IMG/VR virus record: IMGVR_UViG_3300012003_000002
Location: 1-64,000 of that record
DNA from: a virus
Direction: 5' to 3' (one strand)
Length of the DNA stretch: 64,000 bases
The first letter of the stretch is position 1. Each line of letters opens with the position of its first letter. The notes beneath the pieces are model-generated. The model was not told the origin of the DNA and did no database searches. It was given only the letters and a program-made list of their open reading frames with translations. A program made the position numbers and the translations under genes. Shown one piece after another: positions 10,301-22,300 of this stretch.

Positions 10301-12175
10301 TTTAGTTTCAACCTCTGTATTATACATAGGATTACTAAAATCCTGTAATACTTGAGCTTTACTAATTGCTAAAAATTTACTTTCAATAGAATCATGTTTT
10401 TTAGATGCTTCAGATAAAAAATCTTTTAATTGTTTATAATCTTCTAATTCTTCTTCAGTTAATTCAAATTGTTTTAAATCAGCTTGACTCATTAATTCTT
10501 TAATTTCAGGAAGTAGATCATAAGCAGATAAATAATCTTTATATCTTTTAAGTAAATCATCCAATTTATCTTCATAAATATTTTTAGTTTCTAATAAATT
10601 ATCTAATAATGAATTTACATGATTAATAGTTTTATCAAAAGATTGAGCATATCCTATTACAGCTTTCCATTTTTGACTTTTTTCATATTTATCTAAAGTT
10701 TCTAATAATTCTTTATTACGAAGTATATGTTCTTCTTTAGAGGGTGTACTATTTTTATTATTAGATTTAATTGTACGATCTTGAATAGATTGAGTTTTTG
10801 TCTTAGCTTTATCTATAATATTAGCTAATTTAGATTGTAAACTACTATATTTAGAATCATCTTCAATTCTTTTTTCAAAAATTAAATCTTGAGAGTTAAG
10901 TCCTGTGTAATGTCTTTTATCAGATTCAACAAAATCTATAATTTTTTCTATTAATAAATCAGATTCTTTAGTTTTAGCTAAACCAATTTTTCTTCTTATA
11001 AAATTTTTTATAAGATTAATAAATTTTTTAAAATATGAAGTATTATTTTCTTTATCTAAATTTTTTAATTCTTGTCTAAATTCTTTATTTACATATATTT
11101 CAGCTACAAATTCAAGTTTATTAGTAAATCCATATTTCATTAAAGATTTTAATTTTTTTTCAAAATCTTCAATTATATCAGAATGGTCATTACCTGTTTT
11201 TTCAGATTCAGATTTTAAATTTTCAATAGTATTTTTCAAACTTGTTAAAGTTGAATCTAAACTTATTTTTTTATCTTTATAAAATTTAAAATATTTTTCA
11301 ACATTATCATTAAATTGATGTTCATCAAAACTTTGAGGATTTTTTAATGCTTCAATTGTTTGAGCATGAGATATTTCATGTAAAATCCCTCTAATAACTG
11401 TTTCTATATTACGAGTATTTATAATATCTCTACTTACTTGAATAGTATTTGTTTTAGTTTTAATATGCATTAATGCCGTTTTACTAAATTCTGATTTATC
11501 TACAATTTCAAATTTAGCTCCAGTTTTACCAACTAATCTTCTAGATTTTTCTAATAATTCTTTACCTATTGGTGATAAGTTTTTATAATTATTTAGAATA
11601 TTTTCAAGAATTTCATCTATTGTAAATTTACCTCGTTTATTATTAAATAATATACTATTATTTTGTTCTTCATATGGTCTGTTTCCAGATTCAATAGGAT
11701 CTATATCTTCTTCAACTAAACTTTCTTTAATATTTGATTCGTATTGAAATTTACTTATAGTTCTATCATTTACAGTATTATCTGGTCTAAATATATATCT
11801 AAAAGTACCATCTTCATTTAAAAATTTAAAATAGATTCCTTTTGGAGTAAAAATTCTATATTGTTGACCACTAAAAAGAGCATGTTCTTTATAATCACCA
11901 ATATCTTCTCTTCTACCCCTATATTCTTTTTCTTTATTAAGAATATCAGATTCTAATTCATTTTTTTTAGACCCTATAAGATCATTAAAATCTATTTTAT
12001 TTTCTAATTTATTATTATCTGTTTTAACTTCTTCAAATTGAATATTATTTTTATAATAACTATTAGGAACATTACCATTATATTCAGTCCATAGAACGTA
12101 AGCTTTATTTTCTCCTACATTCTTGACTAAATTCTTCCATGCAACTAATCGCTTATTCGGGCAAGATATACTCAT
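7397..12175 (-). CDS. Giant virion ejection protein (phi14:2 gp67-like) with zincin HEXXH domain and C-terminal hydrophobic helix
   Basis: 1592 aa downstream of the vRNAP; LHEISH...EFVAE; IMFTMVILPSIGLLLGAAGG; single Cys at residue 5. Confidence 0.8.
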   Translation of the reverse strand: MSISCPNKRLVAWKNLVKNVGENKAYVLWTEYNGNVPNSYYKNNIQFEEVKTDNNKLENKIDFNDLIGSKKNELESDILNKEKEYRGRREDIGDYKEHALFSGQQYRIFTPKGIYFKFLNEDGTFRYIFRPDNTVNDRTISKFQYESNIKESLVEEDIDPIESGNRPYEEQNNSILFNNKRGKFTIDEILENILNNYKNLSPIGKELLEKSRRLVGKTGAKFEIVDKSEFSKTALMHIKTKTNTIQVSRDIINTRNIETVIRGILHEISHAQTIEALKNPQSFDEHQFNDNVEKYFKFYKDKKISLDSTLTSLKNTIENLKSESEKTGNDHSDIIEDFEKKLKSLMKYGFTNKLEFVAEIYVNKEFRQELKNLDKENNTSYFKKFINLIKNFIRRKIGLAKTKESDLLIEKIIDFVESDKRHYTGLNSQDLIFEKRIEDDSKYSSLQSKLANIIDKAKTKTQSIQDRTIKSNNKNSTPSKEEHILRNKELLETLDKYEKSQKWKAVIGYAQSFDKTINHVNSLLDNLLETKNIYEDKLDDLLKRYKDYLSAYDLLPEIKELMSQADLKQFELTEEELEDYKQLKDFLSEASKKHDSIESKFLAISKAQVLQDFSNPMYNTEVETKQRDELLKEYNQLSDKQGLSADQYISKMLATRDLADYKADLKASAEKILNDPSKDITMMSQKLEDPLNIKSKTIQIVNQIYAESFDKVKTLVISKIHQMGKTFDKFVAEKGNKKLSELNKNLIEKDSEGQVYLKGKYSIKFKESFTKLLNDIEDSYENSFKKLQVQDINLDSLRKDKKTISLRKSGEHNFIDNDIAVVTVNGINTGIKVQIDQIKTFNNFNSLSDERKNDFAKAVGNYKDFEDFKNSNDYAKEDSKKSQMYPEIYNFINNSGSMDIISYVKVEEDSKTSTTFKNRNKMYKAWFKENTIKNEKGKTIPHPKFLNKELTGIEKEVLDSYKKIDKDNDQIEGFDSLVTTLMGAEFHKLPSKSKSDLERVLETDVKGLTKDKWTDLTKIKSDDIGIDSGSEEKNSQGDIIRRVKTAYRGQIDPKEQSLDLETMYRNEYWNGQNFKEKTAIEPKLLLVTDIAKSNTYYTGKSKIEVKGELSNTYKKLVGMMERNVYDIYSTHGGTFGSADINKITNALNGYAAGLAMTFNLASGTVNIANGLTQVFTEAVGGHRFDVETFAKAELKYNKEMMNGNLLKDMGRSVKTSYFNQLLEMFDVFGGLGQNEQDALRNNIIRKLGSRKTGNFINESGEHMMHSILTQSILDGIKAMDENNNYLDKDGNITTEDKGASLADMLYFDEHGQLQMNSKVAYSGFNLTTKYHEGGKSQIKLLIKAKVFQLFGVYDIKYKNEISKAWWGKSVMMFKNFFLVAAAYRYTGFTTSYKKKSDLTDDDRFYNSAEKEYIEGTYTTLIRFLRETGVPNLQMLQTMYMNYDNLTEYEKANLKKATLEIMFTMVILPSIGLLLGAAGGDDKDNKLLWFAMYTNRRLTQELAQFRNPIEATRMIQNPVAGIRFIQNGLNFIYDVATPINLVPGKGESVFGYLDENSKGQNKMSKHLSKLIPIIPQVGINYKQRYGLEFGKQN

Positions 12176-12176
12176 A

Positions 12177-12680
12177 TTAATCTAATAAATTTTTACCAAT
12201 ATAATTATCAATAACTAACATATCGGTACTTAGTTTATAAATATCTAAATTAGTAATAGATTTACCAATTTCTTCTTGTTGTTCACTACAATATCTTAAA
12301 GCAAGTTGATATAAGACATGATTACCTTCTTTAAGAGCTAAAGTAGCTAAATCTTCACATTGTTTAGTAACAATTAATTCATGATCATATGCAGCTTCTA
12401 ATACATCAAGTAAATCATCTACCTCCATTTCTGGAGAAGGAAGTGATTGTAAACATGGTGTAAGACCATAATCTAATAAATAACTTTTTGAAAATCCCGC
12501 ATGAACTAATTCTTCATTTGAATAATTTTTAAATAATTTTGCAAAATTTAAATAACCTTTATTATTTAACCATAAAGATAATTGTTCATATATTCTTGAA
12601 GAATGCTCTTCTTGTTGTATTCTATAATTTAAAGTTTCTACAACTTTATCATTTAATAATTGTTTTCTTTGATCTTCCAT
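12177..12680 (-). CDS. Non-heme ferritin (FtnA-like)
   Basis: 167 aa with ferroxidase ligand pattern QEE..S..Y, EExxH (EELVH), HE, EQQEE. Confidence 0.88.
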   Translation of the reverse strand: MEDQRKQLLNDKVVETLNYRIQQEEHSSRIYEQLSLWLNNKGYLNFAKLFKNYSNEELVHAGFSKSYLLDYGLTPCLQSLPSPEMEVDDLLDVLEAAYDHELIVTKQCEDLATLALKEGNHVLYQLALRYCSEQQEEIGKSITNLDIYKLSTDMLVIDNYIGKNLLD

Positions 12681-15088
12681 TATTTACATATTTTTTTTAA
12701 TAATTCTCCTATTTCATCTTCTGATTTATTACTTAAATCTTCAATACTATTTATTCCCAATTCATTAAATTTATTTAACATTAATCCTTGTTCAAACATT
12801 TCTTTTAAATTATTCATTACTTTAGATTCTTGAATATTATCAATTATTGAAGTAGTATTAACATTTTTAATTTCATTATCAACTTTTTTAACATTATCAT
12901 CTTTAACTTCATTTGAAATAACTTCATTATGATATTCAGCATCTCTAGATATTACAGCTAAATCATTTAATATCTTTTGACCTCTTACAGTTGCTAAATT
13001 ACCAATAGCTTCTGAAGATGGTTTTAAAATAATACCTTCTCTACTATAACCATAAATACGATTACCTTTCTTATCTCTTCTATTAAGAGGTTGAACGTCA
13101 ACATATTTACCTTCAGTATTTTCAATAAATCTAGTATAAACACCTTTACCTTCACCTGTATAACCTAATAATTTATAATAACTTATACCAGAATCTGTAG
13201 ATTTAACTTTAAAATAACTTTGTTTACCAAGTTTTTTCATTATAAAACCATTATTTCTAATACTAATACCATGTGGAAATTCTACAGTTTTAACAAGTGT
13301 ATCAATTTGACCTTCAGTTACATTTTTAACATATTTAGTATTATCTATATTTGATAAATAAAATTGATCAATCATATTAGAATCATTAAAACCTTGATTA
13401 TTATAATTATCATTAGTATCAATAATATATCTATTTATGTTATTTCTCATCATCCATTGAGATGGTATATGAGTAAAAAACTGATTAGGATTCATTGAAA
13501 ACCCTGATGTTAAAAATGAATATTTAATTAATTTTTCAGCAAACTCAGGTTCTTTATCTAGTAAGTCTGAAAATGAATTAGTTAAAGATTCTTCAATTTC
13601 TGGACTTTTAATTCTATTATTTAATGTAATATAATCAATTTTACCAGCTCCAGGTTTAACAACTAAAGTATCTACAATAGAATATAATTCTTTATTATTT
13701 TTTTGAAATTCTTTAAATTGATTTACAAAATTTGTAAGTAAATCTGTTTTATCAGCAATTGATATATTTAAAGGTTGAAATCCTGACATTAAATAACTGT
13801 AAGCGTGTTTTTCTAATTCATCACCTAATTCATTATCTAAAAGTTTATCACCACTTAAATCATATGCTATTTCATTAAATGAATTTTGTATAATAGAATT
13901 TGCAGATAAAAATAATTTAGGATTAGCTTTAACAATTTTATCAACACCTAAAATTACATTATTATAATATCTCAAAGCCATTGATTTACTACCATTAGGA
14001 TTTTGAAATATAGTTTGAAAACCTTTTAAAACAATATTTTTATCATTAGGATTTTTATCAAACTTTTCTTCATTTTCACGTATAGAATCTACTAAATTTT
14101 TAGATATTTGCAAATCTGTAATATTCTTACCATTACCATTAACCATATATTTAGTAGCATTAACAACTTTCTGTAAAACTTTAGAACCATCTTGAAAATA
14201 TAGAAATGAATATAATGTATTCATTCTGTGTTCAATAGAACCTTTTTTACTAATTTGATCTCTTAAAGATTCTAATGAATTATTTAAAATATTTCTTTTA
14301 TTATAATCTTTATAAGTATCTTTACCAAATTCTTGTTCAATAAAAGCATCTAAAGTACTTAAACTTTGGTTATCTGATTTCTCGTATTGTTGACTAAATT
14401 TAACATAATCTTGAATTACAGTTTGTGATAGTAAAGCATTAACATAAAATGGATGTACACCATATCTTAATAATAAGTTACCTGTATTAGTAGTCATTGT
14501 TGTCCAACCACCTTCTGTAATATATGGATCTTTTGCAATATCTACAAATGCATTTAATACAGCAGATAATGAATTACTAATTTTAATAGAAGTTAATTCC
14601 TTAACTTGTTCATCTGTAAATTTTAAAACTTTTTTATAATATTTAATATCTTCATTTGATAAATCATTAGAATATTCAGAATCTAATTTATTATTTGAAT
14701 TAGGTACACTAAAGTTAGTTAATGACTGTTTAGACATGCTACCTAATACATAAGACATTAAAGCGTTTGCTTGTTGTCCTACACCAGCTTGACCAGCTAA
14801 AAATCCATATCTAGTATCAATATTTTTTATTGGATTAAATAAGCTTAAATTAGTTATTGCAGATTGTTTATGAATACTCCTAATATCATTCTTCATAAAA
14901 TCAAAGTCAATAGGTGTCATAACCTCTGGAATAACTTTTTCATTTAATAAAACAGATTTGTATAATTCAATTAATCTATTTTGTAAACCTTCTTTAGTTT
15001 TATTTTCAGAATTATAATTAATATAATTTAAATTATTAGATTCTTTATCATAATTAAATGAAGGAAACATTATATACATTTTATCAAT
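12680..15088 (-). CDS. Virion RNA polymerase, exon 2
   Basis: Begins IDKMY, completing DFD|IDK; AFVDIAKDPY motif; ends KKICK. Confidence 0.9.
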   Translation of the reverse strand: MDKMYIMFPSFNYDKESNNLNYINYNSENKTKEGLQNRLIELYKSVLLNEKVIPEVMTPIDFDFMKNDIRSIHKQSAITNLSLFNPIKNIDTRYGFLAGQAGVGQQANALMSYVLGSMSKQSLTNFSVPNSNNKLDSEYSNDLSNEDIKYYKKVLKFTDEQVKELTSIKISNSLSAVLNAFVDIAKDPYITEGGWTTMTTNTGNLLLRYGVHPFYVNALLSQTVIQDYVKFSQQYEKSDNQSLSTLDAFIEQEFGKDTYKDYNKRNILNNSLESLRDQISKKGSIEHRMNTLYSFLYFQDGSKVLQKVVNATKYMVNGNGKNITDLQISKNLVDSIRENEEKFDKNPNDKNIVLKGFQTIFQNPNGSKSMALRYYNNVILGVDKIVKANPKLFLSANSIIQNSFNEIAYDLSGDKLLDNELGDELEKHAYSYLMSGFQPLNISIADKTDLLTNFVNQFKEFQKNNKELYSIVDTLVVKPGAGKIDYITLNNRIKSPEIEESLTNSFSDLLDKEPEFAEKLIKYSFLTSGFSMNPNQFFTHIPSQWMMRNNINRYIIDTNDNYNNQGFNDSNMIDQFYLSNIDNTKYVKNVTEGQIDTLVKTVEFPHGISIRNNGFIMKKLGKQSYFKVKSTDSGISYYKLLGYTGEGKGVYTRFIENTEGKYVDVQPLNRRDKKGNRIYGYSREGIILKPSSEAIGNLATVRGQKILNDLAVISRDAEYHNEVISNEVKDDNVKKVDNEIKNVNTTSIIDNIQESKVMNNLKEMFEQGLMLNKFNELGINSIEDLSNKSEDEIGELLKKICK

Positions 15089-15342
15089 CATTACTACCTT
15101 ATATTTCTATAAGGATTAGACTATATCATAATTATTACAACTGTGTAACAATCCTCTCCGCTTCCACCTGATTAGGTGTACTCTACTTGGTTATTCAGTT
15201 AAACTAAGTTTTAACTTATCCGTTCGATAGTCGTTGAACGTTCCTTAATAAATTAAGGCTTCGCTGCTGATTGTCTTCACTATTATGTGGTCAGAGTTTC
15301 CAGCAATTCAAAGAGTTTTACTTCGACTGTGATTAAATGTTA
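15089..15342 (-). mobile_element. ORF-less group I intron (254 nt) in the vRNAP catalytic motif
   Basis: P1: exon ACTTCGAT pairs with IGS GTCGAAGT, with U.G at the splice site. P10 CATTTAATCA vs exon TGATAAAATG. P3 CTCTTTG/CGGAGAG; P4 TGCTGG/TCAGCA; P7 GACTA/TAGTC; P9 CCTTAT/ATAAGG; terminal G at 15089. Confidence 0.95.
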
Positions 15343-18300
15343 ATCGAAGTCACTACCCGTCTTGGTAGTGATACCTGTATAGGCTACAATAGTATCTCCA
15401 TTTTCTTCAGGAAGGATACCTACAATCTGTAAAGCATCATTAGAAGATAAACCTTGATTAGGAATTCTATATCCTATAATATTGTTAAGAATTTTATCAT
15501 CAATTATACCTTTAACAAATTCACCATTTTCATTTGTATAACCAAATAATTCTTTATCAGATTTTGTAGCATAATCAGGAATATATTTTGCAATAAATGA
15601 ACCCGATATTAATACACCACCTGGTCTAACAATTTTTTTACCATTTTTAGATAATATAAATTCACCTTTACCGTCTTTTAAAAATTGTGGTTCGTGTGTA
15701 GTAGCTAATGCATTTGGACTCCAAATTACATTCTGAGCTTCAGCATTTTCACTATTTAAACCATAATTAGACATTTGTATAAATGAACCACCATTAGTTT
15801 GAATCTTTAAAATACGTTTAGTCATAATAGCACCAAATATATTCTGTAACTTCTTTTGAACTTGTGGTAATCCGTAAATAGAAACTTCAGATTCTAAAGC
15901 TCTAATTACATTTCTAGAACCATTTCTAGATTTTAATTCAGAAATTATTGATTTGTAAAAAGTATCTAAGTTATTAATTTTACCATTAGAGTCAACTCCA
16001 AATTCTTTTAATACACCATTATAACCTAAGTCAGATAAATCTCCTACAACATTTGCAATATTTTCAATCATTTGATCACCAGTAAATAATTCTTCACCAT
16101 TTACTTCAAATTCATTGTCTCTATTAAAAGCTAAACCTTGAAATATATTTTTTTGCAATTGAGAACCTAATTCAGTATCCTTCATTGTCTTAGTTGGTAA
16201 GTCTTGTTGTAACTTCCAACCATTAGAAGGTAATATCATTGGATTTAAGACAAAATCTTCTAAAAGAGTACCATTATCATCATAAGTACGAGTTGGTTTA
16301 TTAGAACCCACTTTAATTGCATCAAATGTTAATAATTCATCAACTTTTGAATTAACCATTTTATTGTAAAGTTTTTCTAAATCATTACCTTTACGTAATC
16401 TTGGTGTTAAAACAGCTTGTGAATATTTTAAAAACACAGGTTGTCCATTTATTAATTGACCATATTGACCTTTAATTGGTTGCGCAGCTTTTTTCAATTC
16501 TTTTTCTGTAAAAGGATCTGTGTTAATACCTTCCATTTTATCATAAGTAGATTGGTATATCATATTCCATTTACCTGTACTTTGAATTAAATCTTTCCAT
16601 CGTTTTGGAGTTATCCAAGCTTGAGCATCTGCAGAATTAATATTTGTATAATATTTCGCAATCTTTTCACCAACCAATTCTTCAATATCTGAATGAAACG
16701 GGCTAGCAATATTTATACTTTCAATAACTGCAATTGTAAAATTTTTAGTTTCTTCGGTAAGTCTTTGATAATTACCATCTCCATATGTCCAAGGAATACG
16801 TTTTTTATAATCAACTCCATTTTTATAATAAGCTACATCTCCAGCAAACATTTTAGAATATTCAACTTGTGCGATTAAAGAGTTAATGTAATAATCGGTA
16901 GCTACTTTAAGTTCTTGGTCTTGACCATATTTATCCCACACTTTAGAATTGATTCCTAAATTCTTATAAGAAGTATCAGCGTTTTGTTCAAATAATTTAA
17001 TTTCTACTAATTTAGACATTGTATCATTAATATCTTGAACTAATGCTTGTTTAATATAACGTTTAATATCTGCTTCAAATTCAGAACCTTTTAAAGTTTC
17101 TAAATAAGCATTACCATTTTCATATATTAAATGAAAATTACTACCAAAACTTTTAGCAACATTAGCAATTTTATTAGGACTTAAAGATGGAAATAACTGT
17201 GATTTAAAAGCATTTCCATCATCTAAATGATAATAAGTAGTTAATTTATCTTTATTATTTTCATCAACCATAAAAGCATTCTCAACTCTCATTCTTCTAT
17301 ATTCAGAATCAAAGTATTCAAATATCACATCTAAAGCTTCTTCATTAAAATCTATACCAAATTCACCACCATATCTTGCATTTGTGGATATATTTCCACC
17401 CATAGATATTTCATACTGAGTACCTTTATCTGCTGGTGGAGCTGTTTTACTATATGTCAAACCTCCATTAATGAATGCTATTGTTTTATTAACATCATCT
17501 AAAATGTATTGATTTTCATTTATTTCTTTAACATTTGCAGATTCTGTAGTATTTTCTTTTTCTTCTTGAAATACATTAAAACTACCTAAACTAATAGCAT
17601 CGATTCTTTTATTAGATTCTTCAATTCTAGCTGCTTCTTGAGCTTCTGATGAAGTTAATTCATCAACTTCATAAGTATCTCCAAATGCTAATAGATATTT
17701 CATTTTATAAGAACCTGAATTGTATTCAGATGCTTGATAATTATTTAATAATATATTTCTATCTTTTTTCCAAGCTTCTATTGTATTAGATAAATATGAT
17801 GGATATGAAAATGTCCACTTTTGTTTATCACCTGTAAATACAGAAAAATCTGCATTTTCAGCCATATAGAATACTTCAGCTCTAGCTAAATTTTTAAATA
17901 TAGGATTACTACTAAAAGCTTCTTCTAAATTCTTAACTTTATTATTTTCAATATCTAAAAAGAAATATTTTAAATCTGTTATAGTTTTATTAAATATTTT
18001 ATCAGATAACTTAGAATCATTTCCAATTAATTTTAAATTATCTAAATAATGATTAAATCCTTTTACTGTTGATTCAATACCTAAATCTCTTAATAATTGA
18101 ACAAATTTGTTTATAGCATCAGGTTGAGAAATATTAAATTTATCAAGTTTATCAGAATAAGATTTTAATATTTGTTTATCTTGATCACTAATTATTAATT
18201 TATCACCATCAACAGTAACGAAATCAGTTTTAAAATTACTTCCCCAAACATATAGAACATCATTTTCTTTCTTAGCAGATTGTGCAGCATTAATATTAGA

Positions 18301-19383
18301 CCATTCTATATTACCATCTTTACCTCTTTTAAATTTAGATGTATTTAAATTACCTTGATGTAAATTAAACGCCGATGAAAATTCATTTTTAATTTCTTCA
18401 GATAATTCTGGATCAGATAACATTCTATAAAGTTCTTTAAAATAAGGTTTTTTACCTACAAATTTTAAAACTTCAGATTTTAATAATTCAAATCTATCTT
18501 CTTGAATACCATCTTTTTCTAATGCTACAATGTTTGATAATTGACTTAATAAATCATTATGAATTACATTAAAATCAATATATACTTTATCATTTAAAAA
18601 ATAGTCTGAATTTTCAACATCTTCAATTAATGATAGTCTAAATTTAATATTAGCTGTAACACCTTCTTTACTACTTTTTTCATTTGATTGAGTATTATAT
18701 GAAGGGTCTTTCTGATTTTCTATAATTTCAATTTCAGATAATTCAGAATCTTCATCAGAATTTAAATTATCTTTAGTTTTAATTTTATTTTGTTCAAAAA
18801 CAGTTTTAACATTATCAACAATTTCATCTAAATTTTCTTTTAAAGAGGTTTCTAATTTATCAGCTACATCTTCAAAATAAACATCTCCTGAAGTTCTTAA
18901 AAAATCAATTCTTTCTCTTAATTTAGAAATAACTGCCATTTTAATTGTAGTAGTTTCTTTTTCTAAATCAATATTGTTAAAATCAACTTTTAAATGATTT
19001 TTAAAATAATCATTAATTAAAACTTTGGTAAGTTGTTGAATTTCTTGATATTCAAATAAAGAATTTAAACTTTTCTTATTCTCAACAAGAACCACTTTGT
19101 TATAATCTTTATCTAAATAATACCAATCACCTGTTTTATCATTTTGATATAACATAGGTTCTCCATTATCTTCAGTTCTGTCAATATAAGATAAATTATC
19201 ATTCAAATTCTCGTAACTATTTTCATAAGCTTTCTTCCAATCACCAAACTCTTTAATGAATTTATCATCTTTAGCAAAAGAAGAATGAAGAGTTTTTGAC
19301 AACTCCTCATCTCCATTAAATGCTGTTAATATTTTATTATACAGTTTTGATTCTGTACCGTTTACTATAAACTTACAACTCAT
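15343..19383 (-). CDS. Virion RNA polymerase (crAss/phi14:2 gp66-like two-barrel RNAP), exon 1; spliced product 2149 aa
   Basis: GYRIPNQGLSS...TGSDFD immediately before the intron; ADAQAWIT, KYSQ, AIKVG, LQQD motifs. Confidence 0.92.
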
Positions 19384-19385
19384 AA

Positions 19386-22300
19386 TTATTTACATTTTTT
19401 TACGTATTCTTCTCCGTATTTATCTTTAAGACTTTCTAATTGTTTAAGATTAGCTTCAGTAGCAGTACCTTTTTCAACTTTATCTTTCAACATAGTTATT
19501 GTTTTAGTATCTTTCTGGCCTTCTAAACCTTTAGGTTCTTTAAATACTTGATTTTGTTTATCCATTTGCTGTTTATTTTCAACTGTATTTGGAATATCTG
19601 AAGATGATACAAATTTATTAGAATCGCTTAAATCTTCTATTACAGTTGTTGATTCTGGCAAAGATACGGAATTATTTTCAATATTCCTAGTATTATTTGA
19701 TTTATTTTCTAAAGCTTTTAATTCTGCATTATATTTAGCATTAATGATATTTTCAAAATTATCTATTATTTCATAAGATTTAAAACTTGGTAATTCCTCA
19801 TTAGTTTCAAAATTAAATTTAATAAAACTATTTGTATCTGTTTTTGAAAAACCTTTACTAAATGTATATTTAGCATTAAAATATTTTTTTAAATATTCTT
19901 GAAACTCGTTTAAAACGTCATCTTTTATTTCAATATTATTTTTATCATTATAAATATACTTAAAGGAAATTGTAATATTAGCTTTTGGATTTTTACTATT
20001 TAATAATAAATCAGTTTGTTCTATTCCTGTATTAATATTTCCAGATTCTCCAACTTTACCACTATGATAATGTTTCTCATTAATAAATTTTTGAATTAAT
20101 TCTTTATTTGAAATTTTTTTAAATTCATCAACAGCTTCTTGTCTTCTTTTTTTAATATCAGCAATTTTAGATTTATTATCTACTTTCTTATTATCACCAA
20201 AATCTAAACCTTCAAAATTATTATTAGCTATTTCAACACCTGCATCAGATACTTTAACTTTACCTTTATTTTCTATTTCAAGTTTTTTTTCTGTAAATAG
20301 AGGTTTATATAAATCCTGGTCTTTATTATTTAAACTTTTAAAACCTTGATATAATTCATCAATAGTTCTAACACCTTTAAGTCTATCTTCAATTTCTGTA
20401 ATAGATTTAGTTGGTTTAGATTTTTTATTAACTTTTTCAGAACCTTTAGTTGTAACTGTGGGACTTATAAATAAATTAGTATAACCTTGAAAAGCTGGTT
20501 GATTAATAACTGCGTTAGTAGATAATATTTTACTTTCTACTAAATATTTAATATAATTAGCAGAATTAGAAGATAAATTAGTTCTTTGATTATCTTCAGC
20601 AGATTTAGGTCTAATCTTAATTTGATGTCTTTTTTGAGTATGTAAGAAATGCATAATCTCTTCTTTTAAAGCATCAATTTCACCAGAATGTGCAGATTTA
20701 TCACCAAAGTATAAAATACCTTCTGTAACATTAATTCTAGATTTAACTTTATCAGATTCATAAACTAATAAATCTATAATTTCACCTAATTTAATATCCT
20801 TTTGTTTAGCAGGTGTTGTAATTACTTTTAATTGTTCACCAAATATATTTTGGATTATAGATAATAATTCAGGACTAATTTCAGATAATGTTGTATTAGA
20901 ACCTTTATCTTGTGTTAAAATTTCTTTATATATTTCAAATAAACCTTCAGATTCTTCAATAGATAATTTACTAATATTAAGTTTTAAAGGAAATTGAGAT
21001 ATACCGTCTGCTTGTGGAATCATTAAATAGATTTCTCCAGCAGCATAAGCTTTAGTTCTATCGTTAACTTTAGTAAACTTGTTTTGAAAGTTTTCAAATT
21101 TACCAGTTAACACATTTTCTAATTGACCGTGAATATTTACAAAATAAGTATTCTCTTTAATATACTTTAAATCTGTAACACCAGCTAAATTTAAAAGACT
21201 ATTTTCAGCAGTTGGTGATTCAACTTGTAACACACCTTTATATTGACCTGTTATAGTAGAATTCATACTTTCAATAGGAACACCAGTAATAAGATTTGCA
21301 ATTATTGATCTTCTTAACATTTCTGTTTCAGGATTCATTTCACCATTAACACGTCTTGTTTCAATAGGTAAATAAGCTCCCTCAGTTAACTTAATATTAA
21401 TTGGAAGGTAATCTATCAAAAGATTAACATCTTTTAAATTACCAGCTTTAAATTGCTTTAGAGCTTCTTTAACGTTATCACTTACTGCACCAGGATTTTC
21501 ATTAATTTCAAAACTAACTTCTGTTCCTACTTTATTAACTGGATTTCTTTCAAACGATAAACCTTTTGGAAATTGTTTTTCAATCCAATCTAAAACTTTA
21601 TTTTTTACTCTATCATAACTAATAAGTTTAACACCTTTACCTTCTGTAGGATTTATTTTTTTAGCTTCTTCTAAATCTCCTGGTGTTTCATTTTCTCCTG
21701 TAACAGGAGTTAAATCATCAGATATATCAGAACCTTCTGTTGAATGAGTTTCTGTTGTAGAAGTGCCATTAAAATCATTATCATCTTCTTTAGCATTAGC
21801 TATAGTATCAGCTTCTTCAGCATCTTTAACTGCTTTTAATTCAGCTTTTTTATCAATTACTTTTTGTTTAAGTGTTTGATATGTTTCTGGATTTAATTTA
21901 TAATTATTATCTAATTTTGTTTTTGATTTTGGTGAACTTGGTTCAATATGTTTAGAATTTAAATCATTTAAATCTTCAAGATTATCAATATTTTTAATTT
22001 TATCAGTTAATATACCAGCTTTAAACTCATCAAATGTTTTTTCAATAGTATTTTTAATAGGTGAATTATTAATAAAATCTTTATTCTCATTACGAACATT
22101 ATCAACTTCTTCTATATTATCATAATTTATATTATCAAGTTTAGATGACATATCTAAAAGTTTTGCAGTATCTTTTGATTTTTTAATATCTGAAGTTACA
22201 ATTTTAGATAATATAGGTTTATCAGTTAACATATTATAATGTTCTTTCAATTCATCATGTAAATCTCCTAAATTTTTATTTTCATTATTTAAATGTTTTA

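Noticed and set aside
15340-15342. Stop-codon reassignment or read-through, as in some crAss lineages
   Set aside because: Genes are full length under the standard code; this TAA is the first intron triplet.
12680-19383. Two-subunit RNAP or pseudogene
   Set aside because: The gap is a complete group I intron whose removal restores the frame and the catalytic motif.
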